Assembly: GCA_964234715.1 (NCBI GenBank)
Contig: OZ174280.1
Source: Podarcis melisellensis
Lineage: Eukaryota
Reading direction: 5' to 3' (one strand)
Length of the DNA: 64,000 nt
The notes below the pieces were generated by a model. The model was not told where the DNA came from. It did not search any database and saw only the letters and a program-made list of their open reading frames with translations. Shown one piece after another: positions 62,931 through 64,000 of the stretch (the stretch's first letter is position 1; every line of letters starts with the position of its first letter). The translations under genes were made by a program, and so were the position numbers.

Positions 62931-63002
62931 CAAAGGTGTGCAATTTCCCAAAAAACACCAAAGGTGTGCAATTTCCCAAAAGGTGTGCAATTTCCCAAAA
63001 AA
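62931..63002. repeat. three tandem copies of AAAGGTGTGCAATTTCCCAA
   Basis: Directly visible, with an 8-nt spacer after the first copy. Confidence 0.9.
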
Positions 63003-63482
63003 CTGGTTGCTTGACCAGTTTCATGTATGTTTTTTCTTTTCTTTTAGAGAACTGCATCTTTATATAGTAAATTCCTATGCAATAAAGTTGATATGTATTC
63101 TAAATCTGAAGTTGCTTCTGTTGCTTAATAAAAAGTTGGGTTCTTCACAGATCACCCATTTTTGCTAAAAGAAGTTTCTTTTCATTGTATCTGATTTCCA
63201 TGTTGAGTGTTTTCTGCTTATTGCATCAGTTTTTCAGTACTGCTTATCTCTCTTGGTTGCCAACCATTTTAGTACCTCTGCTTTTGTAATTTTAAAAGCC
63301 ATCTGATAAGTGGAAAATAATCAGGTGGTAGAGATAAGGTAACAGCAAAAGCTTTTCCTATTTAAGTTTTGTGCGCTAGGCTGCTGCTAAGGCACAGGGT
63401 CAGTTAAAAAAGGTGGCAACTCTACTGTCCATGCCCAGATCTGCTTAGGGGCAGCAGTGTATGTATCTTCATAGTATTTTCT

Positions 63483-63653
63483 GTAGTGTCCTGGTTTGCA
63501 AACTTTACCTCGGTCTAAGAACTGAATTTGAACGGTGGAAGAGCACCAGTGGCAGAACGCCTCATTAGGGAAAGCGCACCTCGGTTTAAGAATGGTTTTG
63601 GTTTAAGAACGGACATCTGGAACAGATTAAGTTCGTAAACCGAGGTACCACTG
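63483..63653 (-). mobile_element. truncated Tigger-like MITE, inverted relative to 57975
   Basis: Ends ...AAACCGAGGTACCACTG followed by TA. Its reverse complement aligns to 57975-58145. Confidence 0.85.
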
Positions 63654-64000
63654 TAAATCATTTTTAGCTTACCAAACATGTGGTCTTTTTCTATGCTAGG
63701 GGAAGAGGAAAACTTTGCAAGGAACTTGGAAGGGGATATTTTAAAGGTCTAACAGCCTATATTTGCATGTTTTACTTTGCTGCATATTTTGTGATTTTAG
63801 ATCTCTGCTGGTGTTCTCTCATCAAAGAGTACTTGCCCGAAACTTGGACCTTGGCATCTAGGAATTCTCCTCACATACCTGCTTTTTGCTTGAACCAAGA
63901 CCTCAGACCTTGTTAGAATGCCCTTAAGGCCAGCACAACTGTGGGGATGAGCCCTTGCCCTCTTCCCAAGCTTACCAGAGGGGAAACTTGCCATGGTAGG

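Noticed and set aside
1-64000. CRISPR arrays, operons, phage or other prokaryotic systems
   Set aside because: The window is intron-exon vertebrate DNA. There are no regularly spaced repeat-spacer arrays and no long unspliced ORFs.

Overview
Eukaryotic vertebrate genomic DNA, most likely from a lacertid lizard (it carries Sauria SINEs and squamate-type L2, CR1, hAT and Tigger-like elements). It covers the conserved block CCND3 (+, exons 3-5 and 3'UTR), BYSL (-, complete, 7 coding exons, 444 aa) and MED20 (+, complete, 4 coding exons, 212 aa). A CpG island at about 52-53.5 kb is probably the USP49 promoter by synteny; no USP49 coding exon lies in the window. All 14 exons were placed by GT-AG boundaries and phase continuity. 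Most ORF-track entries are antisense or repeat noise. I found no prokaryote-like system and no new protein family I can support. Best leads, all hypotheses: (1) an inverted pair of Tigger-like MITEs closely bracketing MED20 exons 2-3, a back-splicing/circRNA configuration; (2) an 87-codon open read-through of CCND3 exon 4 into intron 4 followed by AATAAA, resembling a cyclin D1b-like degron-less isoform; (3) two adjacent perfect hairpins plus a tandem duplication at 46.35-46.47 kb; (4) an orphan RFX/GC-box promoter at 45.3-45.7 kb; (5) a possible extra upstream MED20 exon whose frame depends on which of two nearby acceptors is used; (6) a TSD-flanked 29-bp perfect hairpin that looks Penelope-derived.
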